A stretch of 64,000 nt of DNA. It comes from an uncultured Planctomycetaceae bacterium (GTDB lineage Bacteria; Planctomycetota; Planctomycetia; Planctomycetales; Planctomycetaceae). The translations under genes and the position numbers were made by a program. The stretch covers positions 384,001-448,000 of the forward strand of contig CAWFGE010000010.1 of the NCBI GenBank assembly GCA_963815195.1, written 5' to 3'. Below the pieces are notes generated by a model. That model saw only the letters and a list, made by a program, of their open reading frames with translations. It did no database searches and was not told the origin of the DNA. How positions within the stretch are numbered: position 1 is the first letter of the stretch; each line of letters begins with the position of its first letter. Below are positions 10,257 through 20,105 of this stretch, in pieces.

Positions 10257-11406
10257 AGGCGGGCCAAAGCACGGTGAGGCGGGTTCCCTGGCCGGGCAAG
10301 GAGGCAATGCCCAGGCGACCCCGATGATTGGACACGATTCGCCAGCATTTCGGAAGCCCAAAGCCCAAACCCCGGCCCGCCTGCCGGCCGCAATAAAACG
10401 GATCGAACAGATGCGGCTCGTCCCCCGCGGCGAACGATTGGCCGTCGTCTTCGATGACGATCCGGGCCATTGCCCCGGCGGGTGTTTCGAGGTTCGCGGC
10501 CGTCAACGAAATCCGCCCGCCTTCCCCGAGCCAATCCAGGCTGTTGCGAAGCAGTTCCGTGACCACGACCGCCAATTGCGCGCGGTCCGCGAAGATCGGA
10601 ATGGACTCGCTCACGTCGCATTGAAAATTCGCCGAGCGGCTTTGCATCTCGGATTCGAGCGGCCGCGTGATCGCCGGGAGCACATCGTTCAAATCGAGCC
10701 ATTCAGGATGCGGCGCGGGCGGCCGGGCGAAGAGCATCGTGTCGCCGATCATATCCCGAATCCGCAGCGCCTGCCCGCCGATGGTCATCAACTGCCGGCG
10801 ACGTTCGGGATCGGTCTCGCTCTGAAGGAGCGCTTGGGCCCGCCCCGAAATCGTGGCGACGGGGTTGTTGATCTCATGTCCCGCCCCCGCCGCGAACTCG
10901 GCGAGAGCGTGCAACTTGTCCGAAAGCAACTTCTCGGCGAGGCGATCCTGGTTCGCCAAAATGCGGGCGCTTGCTTCTTCCAGCCACTCTAATTCCTCCG
11001 CATGCAGGTGCGTCTGATCCGCCGTCCACAACGAAACCCAGCCGGCGGGATGGTTGTCCCATTCCAACAGAATCGTCGGCTGAAGGTTCAAATCGTCCAC
11101 GGGCAATTTGGGGAGAAGTTCTTGGAGCCAGGTTTCCGGGGTTTCTCCGCCGGCTTGTTCCGCGTGAGCCAGATTGGGGAACGGCTGGCGGAGACAGGGG
11201 AAGACCATCGGCGAGGCCAAATCCCGCAGAAACACGCCGCAGGCCTTGGCGAGCGTGTCCTGGCCGATGAACACCGCGGCCGACGAGGTGAATTGCCTCC
11301 AACCGCGGCCGACGTGCCAGAGCGCGGCTTCTGTGGAAGACAGGGAGAGAGCTTCCAGCAACCACCGCGTTTGATCGAGGCGTGAATCGGCGGCGGGGTG
11401 GGTCAT
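10231..11406 (-). CDS. Sensor histidine kinase
   Basis: H-box AGAGHEINNP, ELLRNSLD, IEDDG, FDPFYCGRQAGRGLGFGL. Confidence 0.9.
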   Translation of the reverse strand: MTHPAADSRLDQTRWLLEALSLSSTEAALWHVGRGWRQFTSSAAVFIGQDTLAKACGVFLRDLASPMVFPCLRQPFPNLAHAEQAGGETPETWLQELLPKLPVDDLNLQPTILLEWDNHPAGWVSLWTADQTHLHAEELEWLEEASARILANQDRLAEKLLSDKLHALAEFAAGAGHEINNPVATISGRAQALLQSETDPERRRQLMTIGGQALRIRDMIGDTMLFARPPAPHPEWLDLNDVLPAITRPLESEMQSRSANFQCDVSESIPIFADRAQLAVVVTELLRNSLDWLGEGGRISLTAANLETPAGAMARIVIEDDGQSFAAGDEPHLFDPFYCGRQAGRGLGFGLPKCWRIVSNHRGRLGIASLPGQGTRLTVLWPAYDFLATSP

Positions 11407-11508
11407 CCGACAACTCGATCCGTCTGAAAATGCACCGGCCCGAAGCGCAAAGGGAGCGCTTCGGGCGATTTCCCTCGCTTGCGGTTCGGGCGGGAGCGAA
11501 GCCGGCGA

Positions 11509-12087
11509 TTACGCGGCGACGGGTTCGATGTCCAATTGCTTGCACATCCGTTCGACCAGCGTTTCCACGTCGAAGGGCTTTTGCAGAAAGTCGTTGGCCC
11601 CGGCGGATTTGAGGTCGGCGATTTTGTCCTGCTCGACCATGCCGCTGATGCAAACGATTTTGACGTCGTCCATCGCCGAGTCGCTGCGGACCCGCTGGCA
11701 GACCTCTTTGCCGTTGATGTCCGGGAGCATCACGTCCAGGACAATGATGTCGGGATGGTACTCTTTGACCATCATCCCGGCGTCAAAGCCGTTGTTGGCG
11801 ATGCGGACGTCAAACCGGCCGTCGGCTTCCAGAACGTCGCGGAGCATTTCCACGAGTTCCTCGTCGTCGTCCACGAGGAGGGCTTTTCGCTTGCCGCTTT
11901 CCAGGGCATCGGTGGGGATGCCGTTGTCCTTCATGAACTTGTAAAGGACATCGCGGGGAATGCGACGAAAGCGAGAGCCGGGGACGCGAAAGCCTTTGAG
12001 TTGTCCCGAGTCAAAACAGCGGATGATGGTTTGCTGGCTGACGTTGCAGATTTTGGCTGCTTCGCCCGTTGTGAAGACAGTCTTCAT
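11509..12087 (-). CDS. Response regulator with N-terminal excisionase-like HTH
   Basis: FTTGEAAKICNVSQQTIIRCFD + receiver domain (LLVDDD, IVLDVMLP, FLQKP). Confidence 0.9.
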   Translation of the reverse strand: MKTVFTTGEAAKICNVSQQTIIRCFDSGQLKGFRVPGSRFRRIPRDVLYKFMKDNGIPTDALESGKRKALLVDDDEELVEMLRDVLEADGRFDVRIANNGFDAGMMVKEYHPDIIVLDVMLPDINGKEVCQRVRSDSAMDDVKIVCISGMVEQDKIADLKSAGANDFLQKPFDVETLVERMCKQLDIEPVAA

Positions 12088-12776
12088 AATCGTGATCCAT
12101 CCTTTGAATCGAGCACCCGCCTATTGCAGGTGAAAACCATAAAACCCCCAGCGATTCCAACACTGACGAGGTTTCCTCCTTGCCAACGGCTTGCCGCCAA
12201 ATCCCTGTGCGAACCGTTTTGCCAAGATTCCCTATACTGTGATTAAGAGAACCGGTCAAGAGAACTTTACCAAAGTTCTCCGATACGCCAATTGTATCTA
12301 TTCTATGAATTCGGTCAACGGCCAAACACCCCGCTAAACCGTCCAAACCCCGAAGTTTGCGTATTCTCTGTCATTTTTACAACGGATTGCAACCTTGACA
12401 TCCGGGCTGCCGTTTTTCCGCAAATGCAACGATTTCAAGGATTTGCAAACTCAAACTCTCCGAAAATCGGCTGGCGTTTGTAATTCTGGGGAATTTAGAC
12501 AAAATTGCGGACGGGCTTGGGGGCAAATCGGAGGTTTTGTCACACCCGGCCGAATGGACAGTGCCAATTCTTCCGGAGGGGAATATGGAACTTGTGCGAA
12601 AATCCGTCTCGGAGGCTGATTCCTGCGACGCAAGATGTCGCTTCCGATCGATCTCGGCGACGGGAAGCCGCCGCTGCGGAAGAGGCCCTAATTAGCCCGA
12701 AGCGCAAGCGAGGGATTTTCGGAAATGCGGCCCGTTGCTTGCGCTTCGGGCGAGGGAGGCGTTCACAGGACAGAGG

Positions 12777-13250
12777 CTAACCGACGGTGGGCAGGATCAT
12801 GTCCTCGCGCCAGAACCGGCTGAGGTCTTTGACCAGTTTGAGAAATTTCGGCAGATCGACCGGCTTGGTCATGTAGCTTTCGACTTCGAGCTTCTCGGTG
12901 GCCGCGATGTCTTCCTGATCGGTGGACGCCGTGAGAATCACCACAGGAATCGACTTAAGCTCCTCATCCTGCTTGATTTCCTTGAGCACCTCCCGGCCGT
13001 CTTTTTTGGGAAGGCCCAAATCGAGCAGGATCAGATCGGGATGCGGAGCGACCGCGAACTTGCCCCGGCGGTACAAAAACTCGAGCGCTTCCTCGCCGTC
13101 ACTCAGCCACGTGAGACGGTGCAGAATGTTCCCCCGTTTCAGCGCTCCGATGGTCAGGCGGGCGGCGGGCAGGCTGTCCTCCACCAACAGAATCTCCATC
13201 GGGCGGCCGACGGTGTTCTCGCTGCGGGATTGATGCGATGCAAAAGACAA
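12777..13250 (-). CDS. Single-domain response regulator (Rcp1-like)
   Basis: EILLVED, PDLILLDLGLPKKDG, IPVVILT, YMTKP. Confidence 0.9.
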   Translation of the reverse strand: MSFASHQSRSENTVGRPMEILLVEDSLPAARLTIGALKRGNILHRLTWLSDGEEALEFLYRRGKFAVAPHPDLILLDLGLPKKDGREVLKEIKQDEELKSIPVVILTASTDQEDIAATEKLEVESYMTKPVDLPKFLKLVKDLSRFWREDMILPTVG

Positions 13251-13381
13251 GTGAACAAGACCTTGTTCTTAAACGGCAGCATGCCCCTCCTGGGAATCAC
13301 GAAAGCTTAAACTTCCTTTTAGGAATTGTACCGTCGGCATCAGGTGTTGCCAGGGAAAAAATCGCCGAGATGCCGAGACTT

Positions 13382-15049
13382 TTACGAGTCGTTCTGGAGC
13401 CGGCGAGCGGCCTGCTCGTTTTCCAAAGCCGGCAACGGCTCGACGGATTGGCCTTCCAGACGGGCCCGGGACCTTTGGACCTGGAATTCGTAGGCCGGAT
13501 CGTTGCCATAGAGATTGCTGATCTTCCGCCAGATGCCTTGGGCTTTCACCAACTCGTCTTTGAGGAAGCAGTCCTCCGCTTCGTAGAGTTTTTGATTGAC
13601 GTAGTCCGCCGAGGTCAGTTCCCGGCCGGCCTTTTTTCTCGCGAGCTGCACCTTGAGATATTGCCGCTTCGCCAACAGATAAAACGGCCGGTCGTCGGGG
13701 CGGGATTCGAGGCTGTCCATCATCAGCCGGTATTTTTTATCCGCCAGCGCCAGGTCGCCGAACGCTTCGTAGGCGAGCCCATCGCGGTATTGCCCCTCGG
13801 CCTCGGTTTTGGGTTTCAGATTCCGCTCCATGCGGTTTTTTGTTTGCCGTTCCGCGAGGTCCGTCTCGATCTTGTCGATCCACTCCGCGACTTCCACATG
13901 ATATTTGCCGTCGGGAAATCGGTTCTGCAGCTGTTCGATGTAGTCTTCGCGGGCGGTCCGCCAGTTGTCGATGTCGTCGGTCTGCATCAATTCCTTGGCC
14001 CGGGCGTAGAGTTGGTCTTCGCTCGGCGGCCACACCGCCCAGGTCACCACGCCGATCAAGAGCACCAGGCACGCGCTCAAAAACCACACCTGCTCGTAAA
14101 ACGGGCCGGCTTTCTTTTTTTTCTTTTTCTTTTTGCCCAGGGCCTTTTGCAGTTCGGGCGTGCCCGCCGCCGAGACGGTCCGGTTCTGGCCGCCTTCGAG
14201 GGTCTGCTTGGCGACGCTTTGCTGCTTGGTGACTTTTTCCAGCACATCGTCCAGCGCCATCTGCACGGCGAGGGCGTCGAAATAGCGGTTTTCCGGGTCT
14301 TTTTCCAAGAGCTTCATCACGACCGATTCCAGCCACACCGGGCAATCGATCGCTTCGGACGAAATCCGCGGGGGTTCGTTCTTCAAATGCTGATGGAGCA
14401 TATCCACCATTGTGTCCGCCTGAAACGGCGTGCGGCCCGTCAAGAGTTCGTACATCACGCAGCCCAAGGCGTACAAATCCGTCTTGCGGGTGATGGGCAA
14501 CGTGCCGGTGATCTGTTCGGGAGCCATGTAGGCGTAGGTCCCGACCGTGCTGCCCGCGGCCGTGAGGGCGGTCGCCTGGGTATCGCGGGCGATCCCGAAA
14601 TCGCCGATCTTCAAATACCCCTTCTTGGAGAGAAACAAATTCGCGGGCTTCAAGTCGCGGTGGATAATTCCCGCGTTGTGAGCGTGTTCGAGGGCTTTGC
14701 AAACGTGGCGGGCGCAGTCGATGGTCTGCTCCCAAGACAGCCGGCCTTTCCGCTTGAGCCAGTCTTCGAGCGAGCCGCCGTCCATAATCTCCATCGCATA
14801 CAGCGGTTGCCCTTTGATCGTGCCTCCCCAGTAATATTGGACGATATGCTTGTGCCGGAGCTTTTGCAGAATCTCCATTTCCCGTTCGAAGCGCGAGTGG
14901 ACTTTTTTGTCCATCGCCAGCGCCGGGGTGAGGACTTTGAGCGCAACCTTTTGCCCCGTCTTGAGGTAGGTGGCGAGGTACACAATGCCCATGCCGCCCA
15001 CGCCCAATTGTTTTTCAATCTCGAACGGACCGATTCGCCGTTTGGCCAT
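13382..15049 (-). CDS. Membrane Ser/Thr protein kinase
   Basis: LGVGGMGIVY, VALK, HRDLKPAN, DFG, YMAPE; TM helix after a Lys run. Confidence 0.93.
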   Translation of the reverse strand: MAKRRIGPFEIEKQLGVGGMGIVYLATYLKTGQKVALKVLTPALAMDKKVHSRFEREMEILQKLRHKHIVQYYWGGTIKGQPLYAMEIMDGGSLEDWLKRKGRLSWEQTIDCARHVCKALEHAHNAGIIHRDLKPANLFLSKKGYLKIGDFGIARDTQATALTAAGSTVGTYAYMAPEQITGTLPITRKTDLYALGCVMYELLTGRTPFQADTMVDMLHQHLKNEPPRISSEAIDCPVWLESVVMKLLEKDPENRYFDALAVQMALDDVLEKVTKQQSVAKQTLEGGQNRTVSAAGTPELQKALGKKKKKKKKAGPFYEQVWFLSACLVLLIGVVTWAVWPPSEDQLYARAKELMQTDDIDNWRTAREDYIEQLQNRFPDGKYHVEVAEWIDKIETDLAERQTKNRMERNLKPKTEAEGQYRDGLAYEAFGDLALADKKYRLMMDSLESRPDDRPFYLLAKRQYLKVQLARKKAGRELTSADYVNQKLYEAEDCFLKDELVKAQGIWRKISNLYGNDPAYEFQVQRSRARLEGQSVEPLPALENEQAARRLQNDS

Positions 15050-15333
15050 CGGCGGACTCCGACTTTGCGTCTATCGTTTCGGGGGAAAAGTTCCGCAGAA
15101 AACGCGGGATCAGGTTGGAAGGAAACCGCACCAGCGCGAACGGTTCACGATTTCCCATCCATTCTGACGGATGCCGCGCCGGAGTTCAACGCAGACTTCG
15201 TTGGGGGCCACGGGTTGCGGCCGCGTGGTTCCCTGGCCCGGGCGGCGGATGGTGTCAATTGCCGGTCGATTGCTGTAAAGTGGAATCATCTCACTCTTTT
15301 CCATGTTGAACGAATTTCTGCGAGGAGCGACCG

Positions 15334-16632
15334 ATGCCCAACATCCTCAATCGCCGCGATATGTTGAAAGCCGCCACCGTGATGGGGGCGGGGCTTTATT
15401 TGGGAACGAATGCCGAATCCGCAAGAGCGGCCGATTCGCCGAACGAGAAGCTGAACGTGGCGCAGATTGGGATTGGCGGCCAAGGCGGTTTCAATCTGAA
15501 CGGCGTGAAGGGGGAAAACATCGTCGCTCTTTGCGATGTGGACGATCAGCGGGCCGGCAAAGCCTACGAGCGATTTCCCCAAGCGAAAAAGTTCTACGAC
15601 TATCGGCAGATGTTCGATGCGATGGAAAAACAAATCGACGCCGTCGTCGTCGCCACGCCGGACCATTCGCATTTTTATCCCTCGATGATGGCCTTGGAGC
15701 GAGGCAAACATTTGTACTGCGAAAAACCGATGGCCCATTCGGTCGATCAAGTCCGCCGGATGACGGACCTCGCCAAAAAGCAAAACGTGGCCACCCAACT
15801 CGGCGTGCAGCGGCACACAATTGACAATATGCACCGCGTGGTCGAACTGATCAAAGCCGGGGCCATCGGGGATGTCACCGAGGTGCATTCCTGGATCGGC
15901 GGCAGCCGGGGCATGCCCGAATTGCCCAAGGGCAAAGAAGAGGTCCCCGCGAATTTGAAGTGGGACCTCTGGCTCGGCCAGGCCGAAGACCGGCCCTATC
16001 ACAAAACCTATTGCCCCTACGGCTGGCGGTTTTGGTGGGACTTCGGCACCGGCGAGATGGGCAACTGGGGCTGCCATATTCTGGACATTCCCTTCTGGGT
16101 GCTCGATCTCAAATACCCCACGCGCGTCGATGCGTCCGGCCCCGAAGTGGACGACCGCCGCACTCCCAAACAGATGGCGACGCACTTCGAGTTCCCCGCC
16201 CAAGGCAAACGGCCGGCCGTCAAACTGCATTGGTATCACGCGAGCAAAGGCCCCGACATCCTGCGGGAGAAAGGCTTAAGCGACAAGGGAGCCAACAACC
16301 TGTTCCTCGGCACAGAGGGCATGCTCTTGTGCGGATTCGGCATGCGAAAACTCCTGCCGGAAGACAAGTTCGCCGACGACAAAGCCCCGGACCAATCGAT
16401 CCCCAAGTCCCCCGGCTTCCACCAGGAATGGATCAAAGCGGCGAAAGGCGGCGAACCGGCGACCTGCCGATTCGATTACTCCGGCCCTTTGAGCGAAACC
16501 GTCCTCCTGGGCAACGCTGCCTACCGCGCGGGCGGCGGGTTCGATTGGAACGCCCCAGAACTCCAAGTCCACGGGAACCCCAAGGCCGAGAACTATCTGC
16601 ATTCCCACGTCCGCAAAGGCTGGGAGATTTGA
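15334..16632 (+). CDS. Gfo/Idh/MocA-family oxidoreductase
   Basis: Tat signal NRRDMLK, IGIGGQG, VVATPDHSH, YCEKP. Confidence 0.92.
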   Translation: MPNILNRRDMLKAATVMGAGLYLGTNAESARAADSPNEKLNVAQIGIGGQGGFNLNGVKGENIVALCDVDDQRAGKAYERFPQAKKFYDYRQMFDAMEKQIDAVVVATPDHSHFYPSMMALERGKHLYCEKPMAHSVDQVRRMTDLAKKQNVATQLGVQRHTIDNMHRVVELIKAGAIGDVTEVHSWIGGSRGMPELPKGKEEVPANLKWDLWLGQAEDRPYHKTYCPYGWRFWWDFGTGEMGNWGCHILDIPFWVLDLKYPTRVDASGPEVDDRRTPKQMATHFEFPAQGKRPAVKLHWYHASKGPDILREKGLSDKGANNLFLGTEGMLLCGFGMRKLLPEDKFADDKAPDQSIPKSPGFHQEWIKAAKGGEPATCRFDYSGPLSETVLLGNAAYRAGGGFDWNAPELQVHGNPKAENYLHSHVRKGWEI

Positions 16633-16656
16633 AAACGAATTCGCCAATTAGTAAAT

Positions 16657-17617
16657 TCAGGCATCCTTCAGGATAGCATTGAGATGTTGTTGCAGATTTC
16701 TCTCAACATTCTTTTTGCCACCGATGCTATCATCATAGAAAATGGCACGGTAACCGCGCACGTCAAATGGCATCTTCGCCCCTTCTTCTCGACGCACGAG
16801 CAGGACGGCCGGTTTTTTCAATGCGTGAGCATATCCTAGTTCATAGAATACGTTGGGATTGTGGAGGCTAATTTCCGCAACCACAGCATGGGCCTGTTCA
16901 ATCTGTTGTTGGATGTCGTCAAGAATAATCCCTGGACCGGGAATCTCGTCGACTCGGATAATCTCGAATCCCGCATTTTCCGCGACTGGTGATATGACTT
17001 CGCGATAGAGCGTCTCAAATGGTTCGGAGAAAGGCATGATTACAAAAATGCGAGGCGCTATTCCCGTGACCGTGGTCTCCAAGAATTGGATTTCGGCATC
17101 ATCCCAAGCATAGAGTCCCGTGCCCGTGCCTTCTATCGGACGGTGCAACACAACGTCCAAGACATCGACATCGTCCACAGTCATTCGGACCGTTTGACCG
17201 TTCACATCGATAGTCAGTGTGTGTTCTTCGTGGACATTAATATTTGAAAGGCGACCAACTCCAGCGCAGCATCCAGCCTAGTCCTGGGCGGTATTCACTA
17301 ATCGAATAAGCATTGTCGAATCCGCCAATTTGCGCGGAGAGATATGGGGAATCCAGAGACTGGTATCCAAATACAATCCCTGCGGAGGTACGCTCGTTAC
17401 GAGTGAGTTTCAGTCGCGTCGTTATTTGCCCATCCCGAAATCGGATTGAGCCAATGGCAAGCCCTAAAGGTGGTGGCGATTGAGGATCGTCTGGACCATC
17501 ATACTTTGCGACAGGCCCTTCGAACGTCCAACGCCCGGCAATGGCAGCCCATTTTTTAATGCAGATAGGTGTTGGAGATTTAGCAGATGCATTGTCCAAA
17601 ACAGTAGCCATTGACAC
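16657..17617 (-). CDS. Lectin/ConA-like beta-sandwich fused to nucleoside 2-deoxyribosyltransferase-like domain (one indel near 17265)
   Basis: ORFs 17237-17617 and 16657-17205 join across one frameshift; C-terminal FVIMPF...IIRVDE...VVAEIS.HNPNVFYELGYAHALKKP...PFDV; visibly lower GC than flanks. Confidence 0.7.
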
Positions 17618-17728
17618 TGCCTAAATGAAGAATTTCGAAACAATTCGGTTATAAGATACCACGCAAAAGGTTCTATTGTCAACTAAGTGTTCAAATATTT
17701 AATTGGGCCGGCTTGAGTTGCCTTGTCA

Positions 17729-17988
17729 TTATGCCCCCTGTAGTACGCGCACAGAGGCTCGAACCGTCCCTGCGTAACCGCCCAGGTCCACGACCAGATG
17801 CCAATGGCCCGGACGAAGTGCGGGTATCTGAACCAACGGAAGATGCCCGTAGCCGCCGTGATACCAGTGCGCTTTTCCTGTGCTGTAAGGCGTATCGCTC
17901 GTGTCGTCAAGCCAGTTGGGCGAGTTGTCGAGGTTCACTTCAACAAGTCGTTGGCCGACAAATCGAATTCGTAGTGCAGGTAATTCAT
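17729..17988 (-). CDS. DUF1883 family protein (indel near 5' end)
   Basis: MNYLHYEFDLSAND / VEVNLDN...YHGG...GHWHLVVDLGGYAGTVRASVRVL. Confidence 0.75.
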
Positions 17989-18101
17989 TCGGAAGCCGGT
18001 TTTCATTGGGGTCTGAAACCAACCATCGGTTTTGGAAAACGGGATCGGCCAATTCGCAGGATACGCCTCAACGGAATTATCCGTCAGCGACGACATGTAC
18101 A

Positions 18102-19832
18102 CTACTTTGAGTCCGACGGCTTATTCTCTCCAGTTTCTAAAGGCTCCAGCGTGATCTCGGTGAATTGAAATACCGCCGGATGTTGGCCGCCGATTTTCAG
18201 TGGATCAAGAGACTGTGAAGGCATCCGGTGCAGTTTGGAAAAATCGCCGGACCAGGAATAAATCTCTTGATCGTTCGCCGTCACGCGCAAGCGGTCCTTT
18301 CGCACCCAAAACGCCAAATCGACCGCCAACTGCGGCGTTAAAACACCGCCAAACCGCTTCGGCAAGTCGGGATTGATCCCGGCAAACATTCCCTCGTATT
18401 TCGGCAACGTGGCGTCGATGAAAAAATTAAACCGCGAGCTTCCCGAAGCCAATCCCACCAGCAATGCACCCGGTTGGCGCACGAATCGCTCCACGCGCAT
18501 TCTCAAGCAATAGCTTTCGGGGAGGGGAGATGACAGAGGGATGGGCATTCCGAAAGAGCGGGCATCCTTCTGCGGCTGTAATCCGATAATCGCGTCGCCT
18601 ACTCTTCGCCAGTTTCCGTATTCGGATTGAGAAGCGTTAAGATTCGCCATCAAATCGATGCGATGGGGCTTTGCATCCGGCTTGCCCGCTTTCTCTAAAC
18701 CCGACGGATCGGCGGTTTTTGAGACTTTGGCATCTTGAGATCCTCCCGTGCCGGAGTCTTGAGGAAAGTGATTTATCGCGAACCAAAGCCCCAATCCGCC
18801 CACGACCAATAGGACGGCCAAGCCCATCCAAAGGGGTTTCCCCAAGCGGAGGGATGGTGACGGCGTCGTTTCCTCATCCGGCGAATAGGGGATCGTCTCG
18901 GCGAACGCGGCGGAATCGGATTGGGAATTCTCTCGCCAATCGGTCTCCAGTTTGCGGAGCGATGTTACGACGGCATCCGCGGAAACGGGGCGGTCTTCCC
19001 GCGACTTTTTTAATAGTTTGTCAATAAAACTTGATAACGATTCGGGAACGGCCGGATTGACCACGCGAGGCGAAAGTTGTTGTTCCGAAGTAATCGCCGC
19101 GATCACGCCGAAGATGCCCTCGGCTTGAAACGGCAATCGCCCCGTCACCATCCGATACAACACGCAGCCGAAGCTGAACAGATCCGACCGCTCGTCGACG
19201 GGCTCGCCGCGGGCTTGCTCCGGCGACATGTAAGCCGGCGTGCCCAGCAAGGCGCCGTCCTGAGTCAGTTTCGTTAAGTTTCCGGCAGCATGGTAAGCCA
19301 AACCGAAGTCGAGGATCTTGATCCGCCCGTTCGAGCCAATCCAAATGTTCGCGGGTTTGATGTCGCGATGGATGACTCCCGCCGCGTGTGCCGCGGCGAG
19401 GCCCCGCGCGATTTGTTTTCCAATGGAAAACGTCTGCGCCACATTGGCCCGCCGATCGGGCCTGAGCCATTCTTCGAGCGACTTGCCTTCCAAATGTTCC
19501 ATCGCAAGGAACGGCGTGCCCTGGTCCTCGCCGACTTGATAAATCGTGACGATGTTTTCGTGTTTGAGCGCGGCCGCCGCGCGGGCCTCGCGGAAAAAGC
19601 GCACCCGCGCTTCATCGTCCTCGGCAAAATTCTGGTTGAGCGTTTTCAGAGCCACCGTGCGATTGAGTTGCTCGTCCGTCGCCAGATAAACGCAGCCCAT
19701 GCCGCCTCGGCCCAGCATGCGTTTGATGCGATAGGGCCCCAGCATCTCCGGCGAAGCCCCCGCGGAATGTTCCGTGGCCATCTCGCCTGATGAGTTGGGC
19801 GAAGGCGGTTTCAAATCGAAATCCGACGACAC
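18102..19832 (-). CDS. Membrane Ser/Thr kinase, tandem copy B
   Basis: GTG start; LGRGGMGCVY, HRDIKPAN, DFG, YMSPE, TM, extracytoplasmic beta domain. Confidence 0.92.
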   Translation of the reverse strand: MSSDFDLKPPSPNSSGEMATEHSAGASPEMLGPYRIKRMLGRGGMGCVYLATDEQLNRTVALKTLNQNFAEDDEARVRFFREARAAAALKHENIVTIYQVGEDQGTPFLAMEHLEGKSLEEWLRPDRRANVAQTFSIGKQIARGLAAAHAAGVIHRDIKPANIWIGSNGRIKILDFGLAYHAAGNLTKLTQDGALLGTPAYMSPEQARGEPVDERSDLFSFGCVLYRMVTGRLPFQAEGIFGVIAAITSEQQLSPRVVNPAVPESLSSFIDKLLKKSREDRPVSADAVVTSLRKLETDWRENSQSDSAAFAETIPYSPDEETTPSPSLRLGKPLWMGLAVLLVVGGLGLWFAINHFPQDSGTGGSQDAKVSKTADPSGLEKAGKPDAKPHRIDLMANLNASQSEYGNWRRVGDAIIGLQPQKDARSFGMPIPLSSPLPESYCLRMRVERFVRQPGALLVGLASGSSRFNFFIDATLPKYEGMFAGINPDLPKRFGGVLTPQLAVDLAFWVRKDRLRVTANDQEIYSWSGDFSKLHRMPSQSLDPLKIGGQHPAVFQFTEITLEPLETGENKPSDSK

Positions 19833-19882
19833 GGGACGATCCTTAAAAAGACGTGAAGGAGTTGCAACCGAGAACGGATATC

Positions 19883-20017
19883 TCAACGTTCACAGCATTC
19901 TGCGATATAAAGCGAATAGTTCGTGTCGTCAAGCAGGCGAACATTGGCCGAGTTGTCGAGGCTCACCTCAACAATGTCATCCGCAGATAAATCCAATTCA
20001 TAATGCACGTAATTCAT
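19883..20017 (-). pseudogene. Truncated DUF1883 N-terminal fragment
   Basis: Hand translation MNYVHYELDLSADDIVEVSLDNSANVRLLDDTNYSLY then stop; paralog of 17729-17988; absent from the ORF track. Confidence 0.8.
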
Positions 20018-20105
20018 CGGCGTGCCTTTCACTCGGTTTGTATTTCGAACCGGGATTCTGCTTCTGTTTTAGCTGTGTCTTGTCATCACACCAATAGTTT
20101 GTGCA

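Noticed and set aside
12090..12770. ncRNA in the long AT-richer intergenic region upstream of the HTH response regulator
   Set aside because: No convincing stems or known motif; consistent with a promoter region
17700..17735. attC-like left arm after DUF1883 (also weak candidates at 43258-43277 and 52842)
   Set aside because: No complementary right arm or GTTRRRY box; too degenerate to call
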